Below are positions 50,900-62,937 of a stretch of DNA of 64,000 nucleotides, one piece after another (the stretch's first letter is position 1; each line of letters begins with the position of its first letter). This DNA comes from Batkoa obscura (lineage: Eukaryota): positions 310,001 through 374,000 of the forward strand of contig JASVEC010000011.1 in assembly GCA_030770535.1 (NCBI GenBank), written 5' to 3'. The notes below the pieces were generated by a model. That model worked only from the letters and a program-made list of their open reading frames with translations, did not search any database and was not told the DNA's origin. A program made the translations under genes and the position numbers.

Positions 50900-51343
50900 T
50901 TATTTTATTAAATGAGAATTAGGTTGTAAGCACAAATCTTGAAAGTTATCAAGGTATATTACAGTGATGTTGTTATCTAAAAGCAAGTTTGTAGAATTAC
51001 AATTTACAAAGTTATCAGGTTCTTTAATACCACAAACTACTCTCTTAATACCCTTCTCTAAAATCCACTTCAAACAAGGCTTTTTACCTGATAATCTTTC
51101 TGAACAGGGCTCCATAGTGGTATAAATAGTACACTGATTATAATTAATTTGTTTATCATTTAGTTTTAAAAAGCAACATTCTTCGGCATGCGTGTTTCCT
51201 TCGATTTCTCGGGAGTATCCTTGACTTAGTATTCCACCTTTGTTGACTAACACTGCCCCAACACTATATGCTCCATCTACTGGTTTGCATTTGTTTGCTT
51301 GCTTGATGGCTAATACCATATACTCTTCATCTTTTGAGGTCAT
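50900..51343 (-). CDS. Zinc-dependent cytidine-deaminase-fold protein, Rib2-type (DRAP deaminase) stand-alone domain
   Basis: AYSVGAVLV, GYSREIEGNTHAEEC, YTTMEPCSERLSGKKPC, GIKEPDNFV; ATG at 51343 (the track extends to an upstream TTG). Confidence 0.85.
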   Translation of the reverse strand: MTSKDEEYMVLAIKQANKCKPVDGAYSVGAVLVNKGGILSQGYSREIEGNTHAEECCFLKLNDKQINYNQCTIYTTMEPCSERLSGKKPCLKWILEKGIKRVVCGIKEPDNFVNCNSTNLLLDNNITVIYLDNFQDLCLQPNSHLIK

Positions 51344-51579
51344 CTTATATAGCTTAAGGAACAATGATAATTTATTGAGCTAAAAATAGTAAAAATTTAT
51401 TGGTCACTGAAATATAACGAATCATCCCAATTGATCTTAGTAATAACTAACAAATTTATTGGAGGATTTAAATTAAATTAATAACATAAATTAAAATGAA
51501 AGGGTGTCTAAAAACGGACCAATAAATACTAGATAATAACAAAATTAGCAGGATTTTATATAGAAATTAGAACTTAAAA

Positions 51580-52560
51580 ATGAATCACAACTCAATAAGG
51601 ATGCGTGATATCAACAATCAATATACAAGTTTAAATGTGGAAGACGATGACCAAAACGAAATTGAGTTTCAGCCTAAAAAGAAAAAAGAGTTTGAGATTA
51701 GCTTTGATTATTTAAAGCTTTATGTTTATGAAAACTGGTCATCAATATTTCCAATTTTAATCTTTGTTTTAATTAATGCATTCATTGTTCTAATGTTTAT
51801 TTTGTTTCATGAACAAGTATTAAATGGTTTGCAAGACTTGGGTAACTACTTGAAAACATTGGGATATGCGTAAGCAATTTTTATTTTTATAATAATTTAC
51901 TTATCTTTTTTATTAAAGTGGTATGCTTATTCCTATCGCATTAATAATAATAGCATCCTTCCCGCCAATCCCAGGATATGGTACTGTATCTGTTTTATGT
52001 GGTTTTGTTTATGATTTCCCAGTTGGATTTATACCACCATTGATAGGAGGAATTATTGGAGCATCGTCCTGTTTTATCGTAAGTAGAAAATACGGGCAAA
52101 CATATATAAGAAAATTATTGGCACATTATACATATATTGAAGCAGCAATGAAAGCAATTGAGATCAAGGGTACAAAAGTAAATTTTGTTATTATTTAATA
52201 GATGTAACTCTAAACAAATTAAAGCTACTATTTTTGGTAAGAGTAGCGCCATATCCTTGGACCATCATGAACTTTGTACTAGGGGCCACTAAAATTCCAT
52301 ATACAAAATTCATTCTGGCAACTACACTTTCTTTACCCAAGCTTTTGTTTCATGTTTACCTTGGTGCTAGCGCCAAATCTTTACTTGATAATGGAGCCGC
52401 TTATTCGCCAACTAAGATTGTTATGGCTGTGTTTGCATTAGTGTCCTTTATCGGGGTTACTGTATACCTTTACTTTACTTGTACTAAGATAATCAATAAT
52501 ACATTGGAATTGCCATCGAGAACTAGCTCTAATAGTCCTAATATGCACCATTCTCTATAA
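51580..52560 (+). CDS. TVP38: Tvp38/TMEM64 (VTT / SNARE-associated Golgi) membrane protein
   Basis: SFPPIPGYG, CGFVYDFPVGF, GASSCFIVSR, LVRVAPYPWTIMN, SLPKLLFHVYLG. Confidence 0.9.
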
Positions 52561-52860
52561 CTCTATGCTATTTTGATATTTCGTTAAACTTATTATAGTC
52601 ATAAAATTTAAAATTATTTAAATGAAATTTTATTCTGGTGTTATTATTAATTTTTATAAATTAAAACTTAATATCATTATCTTATTTTAAAGTTGATTTA
52701 TAATTATCATGATCAAATAATTATCCTTTGCATTTTATATTTTAATTACTGTACTTTTTAATTTTCAATTGAACTTACCAACAAATTATAAGTGTAAATT
52801 TAAGGTGTGAATTTGATTACAAAAAAATATTCCAAATTTTTGAAAAGGATAACTTTAAAC

Positions 52861-55381
52861 ATGTCGAACTATGAACCATTTAATATACTAGAAAGGCCAC
52901 CAGATTATATAATGTTAGAAGGAGAAAGATTATACAATAGAAACAATTCAACAAATAATGAAATAAAGTGAGTATTTTATCTTGTTATAGACAGGAGACC
53001 AACCTTTTATTTTAGCATGGAAATCAAAGTTTTATCCGAAATTGCTTTGAACCAAAAGTTTTTTAGAAGGTTTTACAGACTATTAAAACTAGGAAGTGGC
53101 GATACTCGAACGTTTTTAACTAATGTCACCATTCTTTTGAGTATTGCTATTTTAAAAGAAGTAGCAGGTTATTGTTCAGGTTTGCTTACCAGCAAGTTTT
53201 ATGTAGTATTAAATAAGCAAGACCTTATTGGGTTTAATCAGTTGGCTTTAAAAGCTATGACAATCATTTTTTTAACTGCTTTGGTAGCTTCATGTATTGT
53301 TTTTTAGTCAAACTATTTAACTAATGAGATTTTTTACTTATTTTTAGTTGATGTCGATTTTACTTTATTTTCAAGGATATATAGCATGGGTATTAAGGAA
53401 GAATATGACACAACAAATTCAAATCAAATATTTTCAAAAGGATTTGTTTTTCAAAATAATAAGTGATAAAACAATCGATAATCCGTAAAAATTAGTTAAA
53501 CTCAATTTTGTTCCATCTAATAGCATTTTATAGGGATCAGAGAATTGCTCAAGACATTGATAAATTAACAACCGAATTCGGCAAATCTTTAGTTGTAATT
53601 ATCTTATCTCCATTTTTGATCTGTTATTATACCTACAGGTTATATCAATATGCTGGCTATCATGGGCCTTTAACTATTTATGCTTACTTTATTTTTTCCA
53701 CTTTTATAAGCAAAGTGCTAATGAGTAAAGTATCTAAGCTTATTTTTATGACTGAAAAATGTGAAGGTCAATTTCGGTAACTTATGTTATTTCACTCATT
53801 TTCATTTGTTTATATTTATAGTTCGGATCATATTCATGTACTTAAACAACATCAAGAAATTTCCTTATTAAACGGGGAGTTAAGAGAGGGGATAGAGATA
53901 ACCAATACATTTAATGAATTGTTAAAGTATCAAAAAGAAAGAATTAATAGGGGCTTTTTTATTTATTGTAAGTTTTATTTATTCAAACAACTTATCATAC
54001 TTATTTATTATTTAGTAAACGAGCAATTTTTCTCTTATTTTGGTTCCATAATTACTTATTTGGTTGTTGCAATACCTATATTTTCTGGTGTTTACAAAAA
54101 CACAGATCCAGCCGAGTTAAGTGGCATTATTAGCTTGGTAATGATTTGTTTTAATTATTTTATTTTAAACTAATAATAAGTTTAGGTAGCTTTTATTTCC
54201 ATGGCGTTAGTATATCAATTTACTTTGCTTATACAACAATCAACTCCTATTTCAGATATTGTTGGTTATACCACACGTATTTGTCAACTATTAGAAGCTC
54301 TAGAAGTCATTGAAAATAATTATAATGATGAAGTGACAAATCTAAATCATAAGTAATTTATTTGAATATTGTAAATAAACTATACTAAATTTATTCTAAT
54401 TATTAGTATAAGCGAACCCATCTCAATATTATTAGATAATATCCAATGTGTATCACCAAAGGGAACTTTATTATTTAAAGGTAATAATTATTTATAAGAT
54501 AAAATATCTTAACGAATATAATAGACTTATCTATTTGCATACGCCAAATGGAGCATGTTTTGATTACTGGTAGCAATGGTAAATTAAATAATATCATATT
54601 TATCATATTATAAAGCTATATATTTTATTTCAGGTTCAGGAAAATCATCATTTGTTAAGTTATTAGCAGGATTATGGAAGCCTGCCTCAGGTAACTGAAT
54701 TTAATCGCTTGTATTTAACAATTGTAAGATTAAATTTTTAGGCAAAATCAAATGGCCATTAAATATTACTTTTGATAAGTTAATACTGTTCATGCCAGCA
54801 AAACCTCATTTTATTCATGGTACTTTAAGAGATCAAATAATATACCCAGACCAGAACGATGATATCAATTTAGCTCTAAGTAATTTTTACATCTTTAATA
54901 ATAATAGTAATAATAATTCATATTAATACAATAATAACATAGACGATAATAGAGTATATGAGTTATTAAATCAAGTTGGTTTAAGTGATATTGTAAACAA
55001 ATTAAATGGATTAGATTCCTATTATACCTCTGATCAATGGTATACTTTACTTACACCTGGACAACAACAGAAGTTAGTATTACTTCGATTATTTTATCAT
55101 AAGCCTATTTTTGCAGGTAATTCTACTACTAATTTAATTACTTCTAATTTTTAATAATCTAAATAGTTTTGGATGAATCCACAGCTTTTATAGACCATCA
55201 AAGCGAATCTAAGATATTAAATTTATTATCTAATTTTGGTATCACATTAATATTTATAACTCAAAACCATCCCGAATTAATTTTAACAACCAACAATGTG
55301 ACTACTTTTAACTGGCCCACCTTCCATACCCATTTAAATTTTATGGAAGGAAATACTTATCCAAAAGTGACTTATCTTTAG
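52861..55381 (+). CDS. ABCD-family half transporter, ABCD4-like
   Basis: [27 protein letters not shown], Walker [20 protein letters not shown], signature LTPGQQQKL, Walker B FAVLDESTA. Confidence 0.88.
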
Positions 55382-55700
55382 ATTTATTTAATTTTATTAA
55401 AAACTAATTCAATTTTATTATAAAAGATAATTTTTATTTACTATATAGATTAATATTGAATTATCAATTTAATTATTAATTTGTTTTAATTTTAAGCTCA
55501 ATAATAAGAGAAGGGGGTTGAAACAAAAACATTTAAGTATAATTATTTATTTAATTATAAAAACTAAATCATTATTTAACAATAAAAACATTAACATTCT
55601 ATTAAGCTCTATCATAAACTAGCACCAAATAACTCTTTTATAGTAGTCTCATTTGCTTTAAATTCTCAATCTACATTCAACTTTTATTTTTTTGCTCATT

Positions 55701-57730
55701 TTATCTCTGAGCATTCATTACTGCTTTTTTCAGGCCCGGTATAAGTTCAAGTGCTATTGGTTTTAAATGCATCATATCGTATTTATGAATGTTAATGTAC
55801 AATTCTTTAAAATGATATAATTTTAGTCTTTTATTAATTGTTTTATCTTTATTGGCCTCATTTAAAATCATTAAACTCAAATATAACTCATTTATGCTAC
55901 AAAATAAATAATTAAAACTTATATTTTTATTATAATATATAACTTACTTTGAAAATCCATTAATTAAATTACAATAAGTTTCAAAAATTAGCTTATTTGT
56001 TATATAATTTTGTTCCATATATTCTTTTTTTTCTATTGAAGATAATACAGAATTCGATTGTAAAGTCCTTAGTATTTTATTAATCATCTTGTACAAATTA
56101 AAACACTTTTCTTTTTTTCCAAACTTGAAGCATAAAAATATAATTTGATTTAAAACGTAAAGATCATTATCTTTGTATTCATAGTTATTAAATAGCTCTA
56201 AAGCTCTTTCATAATTACCATAATTTGTGTGCACAGGTAACAGTGAATGGAATAGTTTAGTTTTATAATGCTTGGATTGATTAGTGCCATATTGATTAAT
56301 AAACCATACCATTAGAAGTTCTACTTCTTTAATTGTTTCTTCACTATTTATTGGTAGCTCACCATTTAACAATCTAACAACCTCATTTGTGTTTAATGAT
56401 TTGTTTTCTCTTTTAAACTTGTTTTCTTTTTTAAAAAGTGGATAGTAAGTTGAATAAGTATCCAACATATTAAGTAATGGCACTCGAATATTTCTTATAT
56501 TTAAATTTAAATCTATTAATTTGGCAAATAGTTTACGTGCATAACCCAGATCATTTGATCTTCTTGCGTTCATCAATAGTGCAACATAAGTATATGCATT
56601 GATTTCTAATCCTAAGTCCGAAATTTGATCAAATAACACTAATGCTTTATTGTAATAATCTTTATTAGAAGAACAAGCTAAGATTAAACTACTGATAAAT
56701 ATCGAATCAGGCTTAATTCTATCTTTTTTCATTAAATCAAATAAATCAAATGCTTTTTCAACCAACTTTTGTTTAATACATGCCTTTATCATAATAGTAT
56801 ATGTTAGTATATTTGGTCGGTAGACTTTAAATCTCATATTGTCAAACAACTCGCATGCTTTATCAAATTTTTCAGCTTGAGTATAACCTAAAATTAAATA
56901 ATTCATTGTACTCTTAGATATATTAAAACCTTTCTTTTCCATAGTCTGATAAATCATAAATGCTTCATCTAACTTACCAGATGTAGAATAAACTTTAGTG
57001 AGTAATGAATATGTTGTACCATAAGGCTTTAAGCCTTCTTTTTTCATCTTTTTGTAATATTTTAAACAATTTTCTAAATCTCCTTTATTTGAATATATTT
57101 GTATCATATGTGTATATGTCTTTTCATTAATACGCATTCCCTTTTCATTTATTATTTCCAAAGCTAACAAAGCAGCTTCCTCATTTTTCACTATTGAGCA
57201 AATAAATATAAACTTGTGTATTAATATTAAAGAAATTTCCTTCTTATTTTTTATTTGAGCTAGAATAATTAGCTTTTGATAAACCATATCTTTTGTCCAT
57301 TTTCTAATTTTATTATTTCTCATTTTTAAACTATCAATAATACCAAAAAGTTCTTCTTCTAACATCTGTTTCGATGGTTTCAACTTATCATTTGGAAACA
57401 ACTCGTTATACATTGCGTTCAACTCTTCTTCGCTAATGGCTTCTATATTCTAAATAAAGAATTAATTGATCTTAATCTTAAATAAATTTTTACAGTATTA
57501 TTCAAATTCCGTTGTTCTAATAGCCATTGTTTTTCGAACTCGTTGTCCATCGATACATTATATGAACTGTTTTCTACTGATTTTGAGAATACTTTTGAGC
57601 CTTTCTTTGCTTTTGTTTCATATTGTTTAGCCCATCTCATATTATTAATTATTATTTTTTTTTTATCAACTTTCAGCATATCATTTATTAAATTTTTAGT
57701 TAAAGTTAATTTTATTAACTTTAAATCCAT
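55701..57730 (-). CDS. Mitochondrial pentatricopeptide-repeat protein (Ccm1-like), 2 introns
   Basis: Tandem 35-aa PPR repeats (TYTHMIQIY, TYSLLTKVY, TYTIMIKAC..AFDLFDLM..DRIKPD, TYVALLMNA); basic N-terminus. Confidence 0.85.
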
Positions 57731-58318
57731 ATTAAAAAAATGAGTTTTTTTTTTCAATTTTCTGAAATTTAATTGTTTTGAAAATAATGATATGTCATTG
57801 GTTAAAAAAATTTCATGGAATTTTAATCCTTTGAGTACCAAATATTGCAAAAAAAAATCAGTTTAATTGCATAACAATTTTTGTTCTATCTTACTATAAA
57901 GAATGATTTTTACTTATCTAGGGCTAATTTAACAAGCAATGTTCGTCATGATTTAATTTTGTTTAAAATCATATATGACTGACCAATCTTTATCACAATT
58001 TAATTTTACTCTATAAAAAATTAGTTTTTTTCATATTATTTTTTATTATTCTAATGAAATCTCTATCTCCTTTATTCATCTCATTTTCCGTATCTCCAAC
58101 TTAAACTTTTGGTAAAATATTAATTTGTTAATATCTTTGCTTTAACATTCTTATAGTTAATTTTAATATTATTACTTGGAATTTAAATACAAACTGGGAA
58201 TAAGTAGTATATTAATTTTCAAATAAGTTAAGATTAGATATAGGGAAAGGATGTGAGGATGTGATTTTGAATTTTTATTCATTGTTCATTTTTAATACAT
58301 AAAATAAAAAATACACTG

Positions 58319-58352
58319 CTTGTTTCTTGTTTCTTGTTTCTTGTTTCTTGTT
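58319..58352. repeat. (CTTGTTT)n heptanucleotide repeat
   Basis: About 5 tandem units. Confidence 0.85.
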
Positions 58353-58606
58353 CCTATTTTTTAGTACCAAAAACAAGTTGTTATTAATTGCAACAGTGAC
58401 GATTTTTTTTATATAAAATCAAAATTTTTCATAAAAAAAGTTCTATCAATATCAACCCTATACTTTCAACACTTTGGACTTGGCCAAAAAAAGAAAAAAG
58501 TATATCACTCGAATTTTTTTTAATATGTTTTTTAAATTCCAATAAATGCTAATGACTTATTTCAAACTTATCTTATTGTCCTTTAAATTATAAAAATTTA
58601 ATGAAC

Positions 58607-58656
58607 TTGAGTGGAAAAATTCTTAATAAAATTCTTAAACAAAAAAATACACTCTC
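58607..58656 (+). mobile_element. Right-half remnant of the MITE family
   Basis: TTGAGTGGAAAAATTCTTAATAAAATTCTTAAACAAAAAAATACACTCTC matches the 3' half of the copies at 17290 and 23875. Confidence 0.6.
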
Positions 58657-59526
58657 TATTGTTTTTTATTATTATTTACATTTATATTTACATAAAATTA
58701 TCATCCCCTTTTTTATTTTAGTTTCCTCTATGGTTCAATTCGATTTAACTACTTTATAAGACATTTAACTTATGATAATTTCCTTTATTCTTAGATAAAA
58801 GCTATCTTTTTAATATTCAATCCTTTATTAACGATAGCTCTTTATATTCAATAAATGATCTGATTAATCTTGAGAAAACTAAAGTAGTGAGTTGATCTTT
58901 GATCAATTATCTTGATCATTATTTTATTTATAAAATAAAGAACATATTAATACTATAATTAAAAGAAACAAACTAATATTAACAACTTATTTGATATTAT
59001 CTTATTTCACTTTGAATTATAAAATTTTTGCATATTATTTTTTACTAATTTAATATAATTATCACTCCTTTTTTCATTCCATTTTCCGCTTGTGTGACAT
59101 AAAGTAAATTAGCCACTTTCTAAATTATTTAGCTCTAAATATTAAACATTTATTATTATTATCAACTTTATACTTTCACCCCATTATGCTACTTATTCTT
59201 TAATTCAAAACTCAAATAGAAACTAATAAAACTAGAGATAGAATAATATAATGTGAAAATTTTGTTTTTTGTTTTCGATTATACTTCTTTCGATTATTTT
59301 TTATACTGAAAAATTTTAAAAGAATTTTTACTTAATTTAGGTTAATAAAAAAAAACAACACTCAAAAAATGATTTTGAAATTCAAGATTAATGCAAATAT
59401 CTTCTCAATGTGGGATTTTTAAGGGGAAGGATACTTTTAATAAAAGGACAATTATTCTTAATAGCAATTAACTAATTAATGCTAGTAATTTTAATACTTA
59501 TTTTATTATTGATTGTTTAGTATATT

Positions 59527-59555
59527 TTAAGTTAAGTTAAGTTAAGTTAAGTTAA
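59527..59555. repeat. (TTAAG)n pentanucleotide repeat
   Basis: 5-6 tandem units. Confidence 0.85.
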
Positions 59556-59797
59556 TTTAATTTTATCATTTAAAAAAATAATAATAATATATTAATTATT
59601 CTTCAATATTATTCTAAATAATAGCACCATAAAAAATTATTAATCCCTTAAAAATTTGAAATAATAATAAAAAATTGATTTATTTAAATGAAAATTAAAA
59701 GAAGAGATAGAGATATTGTCAAAGGACTATTAAATGGTTTTTAAAATAAAAAATGGCATGAAATATACAATTGAACTCAAAGTTATTATTAACTTGT

Positions 59798-60705
59798 TTA
59801 TTGAGCTACTAAAAATAATTTGGATGGATTAAGTTCTACAGCCATTTTTAAGTTTTCAAATGAATCTAAAGGAGACTTCTTACCATTTTCAGGATTAATA
59901 TAGAAGACAGACTTTGGTAAACAGCCAAGTCTTTCTTTAATTTTATTGAATAAAAGATCTAAAGTTAATTCTTCTCCTTTCAACCAAAAAGCCATCATAT
60001 CATTATTACTTTGTAATTTAATTTTAATTTGACCATAATTATTTAATAGTTGAGTACATCCACTAGTAACTGGTTTATTTTTATTATTTACTGTTATATC
60101 TTGTAAATTCAATTCCTTCATTCCTTTGTCCATTTTAATTTGATTCTGTTGAAAAAAATCAATTAAACAATCACTTTTTAATATATAACTAGATACATTT
60201 AATAAATGAATAAAATATAATTTTAATTCAGAAATAAATTGTTGATCAATAGCTTGTCCTTCTTCTAATGTAGGAATATATGGAAGTTTTCTTTCTTCCC
60301 CAGTTAAGCCAGCTTCCTTGGGAAATTGTTCTAATAATTTTAAATGCATTTGTTGTAATTGTTCTGATTTACAATGAACTATTTGATTACTAGAATCACT
60401 ATATAATACTAATAATTCAATTATATTCTTGTTAATAACTTGATTTACAAGAATGGATGCAATTGGGATTATATTTTTATTGAAATCAAGTATATGATGT
60501 TCATCTGAATTATATTGATTATTAAGATCATTACCTAAAATACCCCAATTAGATAATTGATCAGAAAGTCCATCAATAGTAGAAATAATTTGAGCATTTG
60601 GTGTAGATTCTGAACGACGAGATAAACTTGGTTTATTTCTTTCATTAATTACATTTCTTTGTTGAGTTGAACCTGTACTATTATTTTTTTTTAAATTAAC
60701 AGCTA

Positions 60706-60751
<46 letters not shown>

Positions 60752-61315
60752 TTGATTATTATTATTATTATTATTTTGATTTTCAAAACTTGAAGTTAAA
60801 GTTGGTGTTGATGGTAATAATTCTTCTTTAATTTCCACATTTTCTTTTAATATTTTACCAGGTAAACCTAACTTCCCAATTAATTTAGCTAAATAATAAT
60901 GTTCATCAACATCTTCTAATATTAATATCGGATCCCCTCTACATGCCTCTAAATCATCTGCTTTAAATTTATGACAATTAATTAATACATAAGCTAAGAT
61001 AGTTTTACTAGGTTTATATTGATTTCTTAAATTAGATTTACTTGGAGTGGTACTTTTAATCATTTCAAATTTTGATGTTGGTACTAAACCTATTTGTTTG
61101 GTTTTGGGATGAATTACTTGTAAATAATCTTTATTATTACTCATTTTTTGCATATAAAAACAATCTTCTAATTCAAAAGTAAATTCTTGATTACTTCGAG
61201 CTTGATGAGATTGAATTGCTCTTACTACTGAATAACTTTTAAAATTACTAGTATTATTCGTACTAGTTATAAAATTAGGAGGGGTTGTTTTATTATGATC
61301 ATTCGATAACATCAT
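59798..61315 (-). CDS. BEM1: Bem1/Scd2-like polarity scaffold (SH3-SH3-PX-PB1), intronless, with poly-Asn linker
   Basis: VVRAIQSHQAR..EFTF...IGLVP (SH3), DDLEACRGD...YYLAKLIGKLGLPGKI (SH3), HLKLLEQFPKEAG...RKLPYIP (PX), IKIKL...LFNKIKERL (PB1). Confidence 0.85.
60709..60777 (-). repeat. (AAT)n coding microsatellite encoding poly-Asn in Bem1
   Basis: NNNNNNNQNNNNNNNNNNNNNN encoded by AAT repeats. Confidence 0.95.
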
Positions 61316-61330
61316 GATTATTTATTTTAA

Positions 61331-61425
61331 TTGTAAATTGTAAAAGTTGTAGGTTGTAGGTTGTAAGCTATATAGCTGTAAGTTGTAAGTTGTAAGTTGT
61401 AAGTTGTAAATTGTAAATTGTAAAT
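61331..61425. repeat. (TTGTARR)n 7-bp tandem repeat immediately upstream of the BEM1 start codon
   Basis: TTGTAAA/TTGTAGG/TTGTAAG units in two blocks separated by GCTATATAGC. Confidence 0.85.
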
Positions 61426-62892
61426 AGTTATATCAATCGAAATATGTATATAATATGAATTAAGGAAGTATTGAATAAATTAAACTAAATGAAGTAATAA
61501 TTTTTTATAAAGAAAATTAAAAAAATTAAATAAAAAAAAAGATAAAAAGATAAAAGTAATGTAATTAATTTTTATTTTATAAAAATATTCCTAAATTTAA
61601 ATAATTAAATTTTATGTTGTTTAATCGTGGGGTACTATAAATTAATTGAGTGGTTTGAATTTTCTTTTATGTAAAATTGGGAAAAAAAAGATTGGGTCTT
61701 TCTATATTTATTTCATTGTCCAATCAACAGTTACTATTAGTTAACTACTTCCAGATTCAATTTCTTTTTAAAAAAAGTTACTATTTTTTTATATTAAAAA
61801 ATAACACGCTTTTTTATTTTAGGCTTAAAAAAGTAAGCACTTTAAATGGTAAAATCAAAAATAGACCAATAAAATAATCGAATCAAGTATAATTGGAACA
61901 AATTAACTTGAATATTTTTATAAAAGGTTCCCCTACTTTAAACACAATATTAATTATCCAATTAGCCAAAATAAAAATATAAAAGTTGGTTTAATTAAAA
62001 AACTTCTTTCAACTGTTATTATTAGCCTCATGTTGAAGTTTATTTCATATTTTACTTTATTATCAAATTCAACTAAATTAAATTAAAACAATAAAATATA
62101 TTAAAAGACTCTCTTAAACAATCAAAATAAAATAGTGATAACAATGACCCTTAATTTTAATTGGTAGTTTGTATTTTTTTTTTGATCAAGTGATGTCATC
62201 TCTTATTATTTATTAATTTCTTTCTACTAATTAAATTTCCTTAAATTTTATTAGCTTTAATTAGTGATGGAAAATTAAATTATTATTTAATAGAACATTT
62301 TAATGATTTTATTTAATATTTATTTATGATATTAAAGTAGTCTAAATATCTAAAAAAATTGTTAGAAGTTTTAAGAATTGATTAATTTTCATTATATGCT
62401 ATGAAATGATTATAGTGATATTTATATCATTTAGTAAATTATATTAAATTATATTAAATTATATTAAATAAACCAAATACCCAATAATGAACACCTTAAT
62501 TAATTACTTTCATTTTTGCCAAGATATTAACTATTATTCTATATTTAGGCTTTATTCGAAACAGTAATAGATAGAATACTTTTTAATAATCTTTTTTTAT
62601 TTTTTTATTTTATTTATTTATTAAATTCTATTTTAATACTAATAGTACATTTATTATTTATCATACTATATTTAACCAAGTATAGTTTAGGAATTATTTT
62701 TTTTAAGTTTTATTTTTGTTTAAAAAATTTAAAAATTGTTATCTTAATTCTATTAACTATCAATTAATTAATAAACAAGTTTTTATATATAAAAAATTGA
62801 TTTTAAATATTCAATTCCAGTTAAGTATTAATATCAATTTACTGTTAGTAGTTATTGAATTAACTTAGTTGAGTTAAATATTTTTTTAGTTA

Positions 62893-62937
62893 AATAGTAA
62901 TAGTAATAGTAATAGTAATAGTAATAGTAATAGTAAT
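62893..62937. repeat. (AATAGT)n hexanucleotide microsatellite
   Basis: About 7 perfect units. Confidence 0.9.

Noticed and set aside
61331..62937. Short tandem repeats as a CRISPR-like array or telomeric repeats
   Set aside because: No spacers, eukaryotic context, and the units are not TTAGGG-like terminal arrays; these are ordinary microsatellites.
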